NCBI GenBank assembly: GCA_030390025.1
Contig: CM059433.1
Location: 15,626,001-15,690,000 of the forward strand
Length of the DNA: 64,000 nucleotides
Direction of reading: 5' to 3'
DNA from: Squalus acanthias
Lineage: Eukaryota
Made by a program: the position numbers and the translations under genes. Positions 58,760 through 64,000 of the stretch are shown here, piece by piece; position 1 is the stretch's first letter, and every line of letters starts with the position of its first letter. Below the pieces are notes generated by a model. It was not told the DNA's origin. It saw only the letters and a program-made list of their open reading frames with translations, and did not search any database.

Positions 58760-59142
58760 GGGTTGTGGGTTCCAGTCCCAGTCCAGTGACTGGGGCACCA
58801 AATCTAGGCTGACACTCCAGTGCAGTACTGAAGGAGTGCTGCACTGTCGGAGGTGCCGTCTTTTGAAAGAGACACTAACCTGAGGCCCCTTCTGCCTTCT
58901 CAAGTGGATGTAAAATATCCTGTGGCACTATTTCAAAGAAGAGCAGGAGACTTTTCCCTGGTGTCTTGGACAATATGCAGCCCTCAACCAATATCACTAA
59001 AACAGATTATCTGGTCATTATCTCATTGCTGTCTGTGGACCTTGCTGTGTGCAGAATTCCTACATTACAACAGTGACTACACTTCAAAAGCACTTCATCG
59101 GCTACAAAGCAGTGAAAGGCACAATAGCCTTTCTTTTTTTTC
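58760..59142 (+). mobile_element. Diverged Deu-domain SINE
   Basis: Similar to 63260-63680 (B box, GCTGACACTCCAGTG, GGCACTATTTC..AGAAGAGCAGG). Confidence 0.8.
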
Positions 59143-60739
59143 CTAGGCTCTGTTTTTTTAAAAGGCCACCACTGCGCTGAAGCATTAAAAGTTTCCTAGT
59201 TATTTAAGTTGGTCGAGACTGTTTGTATTTCTCTGTTTTGTCAATGACAGTCGAGCTAGTGATTTCCCAGCAAATCAGTTCCAGACAAAATCAATGCAGA
59301 AAATTAGGAAACTACCTGGCTGCTGAACAAGCTTTTAATTTGTTGACAATCTCTCGATTGTACAGCTAACCTTCATAGGAAGATTCCCTTGAGCCTGGTG
59401 CAGAAAGGAAATTACAGCTGGAAAGAATTTCGAGTAGGTTCCTCCTAACACGTGTTTTTTTTCTCTTGCAGCTTTTATTTTTAATATGCTAACTAATTAA
59501 CTAATCATATTACAATATTCTATATTATCTGTGAAAAAAATATGACTGGCCAATTGGTGGAGGTACAGTGAGCTATATAGTCAGCCCCTGATTACCGTCC
59601 AGTGTGGGTTTATGCTGCACGGCATTGATTTTGTTTGCCATTAATGCAAGTTGACTTTTTGGAATAGATGGTTTCTGACACTGTGGGGTTGTAGCTTCCC
59701 TCACAGGAATGACACATTGGCGGCTTACAAATCACTACCTGACATTTCTGCAGAACGATTCTTGACAGGCAGACCACTGGCTTATAATGACTACCAAAAA
59801 GCAGTCTAAATAATAAAGGAAGGTTTCAGATTAGAACTTGTGTTTGGAGACATTAATCTATAATGGTCTGCTCAGATTGGCCCTGAATATAGTTGGTAGA
59901 GGCAGATTTCTCTGTAGAAAGGGGCCCGCATACATCATAGTGTTCTCACGGTCCCATTCTCAATCAGATTGGCTAAATGTTCCACAGATCATTTATCTAT
60001 TGGGCACAGACTGAAGAGACATAGGGTGAGGCCTGGAGGGTTTCTGAGCCCAGTCATTGTTGTGCTAGCCTCCAAGCTCTTCATTCAGAAGGGCTACTGG
60101 TACAGCCATGCCCAGAATGTATGTAACAGAGAATCTACTTGACGGTAGTTCTGCCACAACTCACCGACCACTCCGCCTGCAACTGTTACAAGTTCAGGTC
60201 CTGCTGTAGATACCTTCTCAAGTTCAGTAGCTTCAGGTACTTCAGTAAACAGTCTGAGCATCTTACTTTTATGAAAGCTGTCTCACACTGCCCTATTTCT
60301 ACTTGTACAATAGCCTAACCCAGGGCTGTAATAATAGCACCCACTTGTGACTGGGACAAGATTCTGTTATCATTCGCACATGTATTTCTTCAATCTCTCG
60401 GAAGGCAGACTGAGTTAACACTAGGTGAAGAGAGGCCTTAGTTTGAATCATTAAGTTTCTTTATTGCACAGCTAGGTGAATGTACAAAGCAACAATTATG
60501 ATCAGACTCGCTTAGTTCAACTTAACTCCATTTAATAACATAAAAATAACTAATATGCTATGCTAACCCATTTCAGGGAGTCATCTTGCTTGGCTTAGCA
60601 GACTAACTCTTCTGCATTCTGGATTTATGAGCCTGCCTTTTATGGTGCCTTGCTGCCTCAGATGCTTCCCCGTTCTAAAAGTTAGACTACCTTTTAGGTA
60701 TCTGTAATACCGCTTTAAGCCAGAAAGAGAAACCTTCTT

Positions 60740-61015
60740 AGAATCACAGAATGATTACAGCACAGAAGGAGGCCATTCGGCCCGTCGAGCCCGTGCTGGC
60801 TCTCTGCAAGAGCACTTCAGCTAGTCCCACTCCCCCGCCCTTTCCCCGTAGCCCTGCAATTCTTTTTCCTTCGGGTGCTTATCCAACTCCCTTTTGAAAG
60901 CCACGATTGAGTCTGCCTCCACCACCCTTTCAGGTAGTGCATTCCAGATCCTAACCACTCGCTGCGTAAAAAAGTTTTCCTCATGTCACTTTTGGTTCTT
61001 CTGCCAATCACCTTC
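60740..61015 (-). mobile_element. CR1-clade 3' end fragment
   Basis: Reverse of a typical CR1 3' region (…TGGAATGCACTACCTGAAAGGGTGGTGGAGGCAG…GAATGGCCTCCTTCTGTGCTGTAA…TTCTGTGATTCT). Confidence 0.8.
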
Positions 61016-61166
61016 TAACTCAGTGGGTGTGAGATGTTTATCAACTATGGAGAGAATTGTTTATTATTTGCAGTCTATCAGGAACCAACATCAAAGCTAG
61101 CTCATTAGTATCATCGCAGACCCCCTTTTTAACTTGTTGGAATACGAGCTGTTTTTAAAACATACA

Positions 61167-61600
61167 GGGAGAAATTCCCCTCCTTTGCACCTCCCGTGGG
61201 GAGCGCTAACGGGGCGCAAAGGCCTTTTCGCCCGGGCACACCGCTAACCGCGCCTCCCGCCAAATTCCATGGGAGGTTAACGACGGTGCTACCGGGTTGC
61301 GCCCCAATCTCATGCGCCCAGAGATCGTGACGTCATCTCCGGGCGCATCGCCCCGGTAGCGCCCCGGCACAAAATTTCCCCTTCGCCCCCTGTAGCAGCT
61401 GAGCACATCGTCACGGGTCATGAACTTCTCCTCCTCTTGTGCTCCAAGAAGGAAGGGGAGTGCTTGATTTAGCGATCCACTTCCCTCTTGGAGCAAAACA
61501 TGGGAATTTCAGAGAAGTTGGAAGAGGTTAGCGCCTGGCGCTAACTTTTCCAGCTTTTCTGATTTAATGCCCCAAACGGGGCTCGAGGGGAATTTCTCCC
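61167..61600. mobile_element. Harbinger-like MITE with perfect 16-bp TIRs
   Basis: GGGAGAAATTCCCCTC (61167-61182) / GAGGGGAATTTCTCCC (61585-61600). CpG-rich interior. Confidence 0.85.
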
Positions 61601-63212
61601 CCTTAACATTTAAAGTAACTTTTTTTTTTCAAATGGTTTCTACGCGGAAATGGTCAAAAGATTCCAAACCATGGCATTTCAGTTCTATCAGAACTCACCT
61701 GTCGTGGGAGGAAGTGTAACTGAAGTGCACTCCACCTGCAATGACCTGAATCCATTTGTATTTCTGGGTTCAGGTCATTTACACGGGCCAGAGATTCGCC
61801 TGAACAGGCCTCATGCCTGGAAGTAGAAAATCAACCACTGCTGCAGCCTTTTAAAGAGGAGCATACAGCAAAGACACAGAACCCAAGGTGAGACTTATAA
61901 GTAGCCACCTTGGTTTGGGCGCTAGGCTGGGTCCTGTGTGTTTGCTGCCTGCCCCTATGATTCTCTGATGAGAGAGGAGCATATGGGAACCTATGACCCA
62001 TTTCTTCTCGGAAGCCAACTGGTGACTAAAGAGAAAAATGGTATGGGAAGCCTGATAGCATCATTAATGTGGTTGCACTTCATCTGGCTGGAGTCACTGA
62101 GCCTATTCTCATGAAAACTCAGAAAAAATTAAGAGGTGGGGTGACCACCTCCTGACACAGGCCTCCTCCCGTTTCCTATGCTTTGTGCCTAGGGAGTAAG
62201 CATTTGCTGAACACAGAACTGGAAATTTGGCCCAGTGGAGTTTGTTTAGGTTGAGGTATGCTTGGTGCAGGATTCTGAACTGCTCCCCTCTCATTCGGTT
62301 GCAGGTTGAGGTACGTGAAGTTATCCTCCATTCCTTCTGCTTTAGTTCTCTTGTTAGTTGGCGGCCTAAGTCTCACTCAAAAGAGCTAACCACCTTCCTT
62401 ATACTTTTTTTGTTGTGGCCAATCGTGTGAGATGGAGAGAGATGCGCCCACATTTTCTAACGGGGAATAGTTATTACAGAGTTGGCTTGCTCTGCATATT
62501 GGGGAATATGATGGTTCCTGAAGTTAATGGTGGATCTAGACAGAACGAAACATGTTTAAAGACAGGAAGACTTAGTCTGCCTTCCTCCTTGGGGAAATTG
62601 GAGCCAATGGAGTCGCATTCTTAGCCTCCATCCCCCTCATGAGGAGTCTGGTGATGTGGTATTAGAAATCCTGGAAGGGAAGGACCCAGTGTCTCCTGGT
62701 CCTATTGCTTCACATCCCACCTTAACAGTGACCATAAAATACTAGCCAAAATTCTGGACTCTAGACTGGTCCTGGTGGCCTTCCGCTCCCCCAGCCAGCC
62801 TAGTCCACCCAACCAGACTGGCTAGATACAACAATGGCTCTTATGAAATAACACCAAGTGACTATTCAACATGGTGGGTCATTGCATCAGCACCAACACA
62901 CGTGCTCTGATACTCTATCTAGATGCAAAGTTAACTTTTTAGCTGGTTGAATGGACCTTCCTTTTTCCTGTACTGGAGTGAATGGTCTTTGGGATGCATT
63001 CTATTCCCACCTCTCCTCTGCTGCAATGGACAGTAACAGCTTCATCTTCCCTGCCTTTCTCCTTCAAAGAGGGACCAGGCAGCATTGCTCTCTGTCCCAC
63101 TTGTGTTCTCTCTGAATAAGGAACCCTGGCAGTGGCAATAAGCATAAGGTCACCCATCCATACATGTCAGAGAAATGAAGCAAAGAATATCACTCTATGC
63201 AGATGACATCTT

Positions 63213-63682
63213 CCCGTCAGCTGTGGCTCAGTGGGTAGCACACTCGCCTCTGAGTCAGAAGGTTGTGGGTTCAAGTCCCCCTCCAGAGACTTGAGCACAT
63301 AAAGCTAGGCTGACAATCCAGTGCTGAGGGAGTGCTGCACTATCGGAGGTGCTGTCTTTCAGATGACATGTTAAACCGAGGCCCCGTCAGCTCTCTCAGG
63401 TGGACGTAAAAGATCCCATAGCACTATTTCGAAGAAGAGCAGCGGAGTTATCCCAGGTGTCCTGGCCAACATTTATCCCTCAACCAACATAACAAAAACA
63501 GATTATCTGGTCATTATCTCATTGCTGTTTGTGGGAGCTTGCTGTGCACAAATTGGCTGCCGCGTTTCCCACTTTACAACAGCGACTACACTTCAAAAGT
63601 ATTTCATTGGGTGTAAAGGGCTTTGAGACGTCTGGTGGTCGTGAAAGGCGCTATATAAATGCAAGTCTTTCTTTTCTTTCTT
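63213..63682 (+). mobile_element. Full-length tRNA-derived Deu-domain SINE (SacSINE1/AmnSINE-like)
   Basis: A box TGGCTCAGTGG, B box GGTTCAAGTCC, core GGACGTAAAAGATCCCATAGCACTATTTCGAAGAAGAGC, and a (CTTT)n tail. Confidence 0.85.
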
Positions 63683-64000
63683 CCTGTATATCACTAATCT
63701 CATTACATCACTCCCCAGCAATTTTAAAGCCATCAATGAATTTAGACCACTTTCAGGCCACAAAACAATCTCACCATATTGAAGTGTATTGTCCTTCTCC
63801 TCGTCTATTGCCTGTAGTATCTCAAAACAAATCTGAAAAGCTACTCTTTTGCACAGATGGAGGTGAGCTTTCAAAATCTAGGCATTACAGTGATGCACAA
63901 ACACTGACCCATGTATAAGAATAATATCCTCCCCCTCCAGCACTCACACCAACACGGCCATTCTGTCTGCCTTGCTTCTGAGGAGAGTAAAGATAAACGT

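Noticed and set aside
61699..61735. Possible 37-nt minus-strand host exon (CAG|...|GTGAGT)
   Set aside because: No polypyrimidine tract, no partner exons and no recognisable peptide.
63220..63290. tRNA gene
   Set aside because: It is the tRNA-derived head of a SINE that continues into the Deu core and tail.

Overview
Repeat-dense vertebrate intergenic or intronic DNA with no host gene I can support. The Deu-domain tRNA SINEs and the CR1 families suggest a cartilaginous fish (inference). The main content is a cluster of three young, same-strand, env-bearing proviruses of one family, each with ~1.65 kb TG...CA LTRs and a 4-bp TSD. A (21720-43766) lacks pol. B (29522-42242) is gag-pol-env and is inserted into A's 3' LTR. 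C (46195-55453) lacks pol and has all ORFs open. B's pol has retrovirus-like architecture (PR-RT-degenerate RNase H-second RNase H-IN) and is joined to gag by an in-frame UGA-CUAG readthrough signal. Env looks like a paramyxo/pneumovirus-F-type class I fusogen, as described for lokiretroviruses, but has an extra N-terminal Ig-like domain. Gag carries an overlapping PSAPPSY late domain and starts inside the PBS. In A and C, pol is replaced by an in-frame readthrough ORF (coiled coil plus the acidic Pol tail), which points to a helper-dependent satellite lineage that recombines with its helper. The rest of the window holds a decayed Gypsy 3' half, a near-full CR1 nested in another LINE, Penelope fragments, Harbinger-like MITEs and remnants, SINEs, and a local duplication whose two copies supply each other's empty insertion sites.
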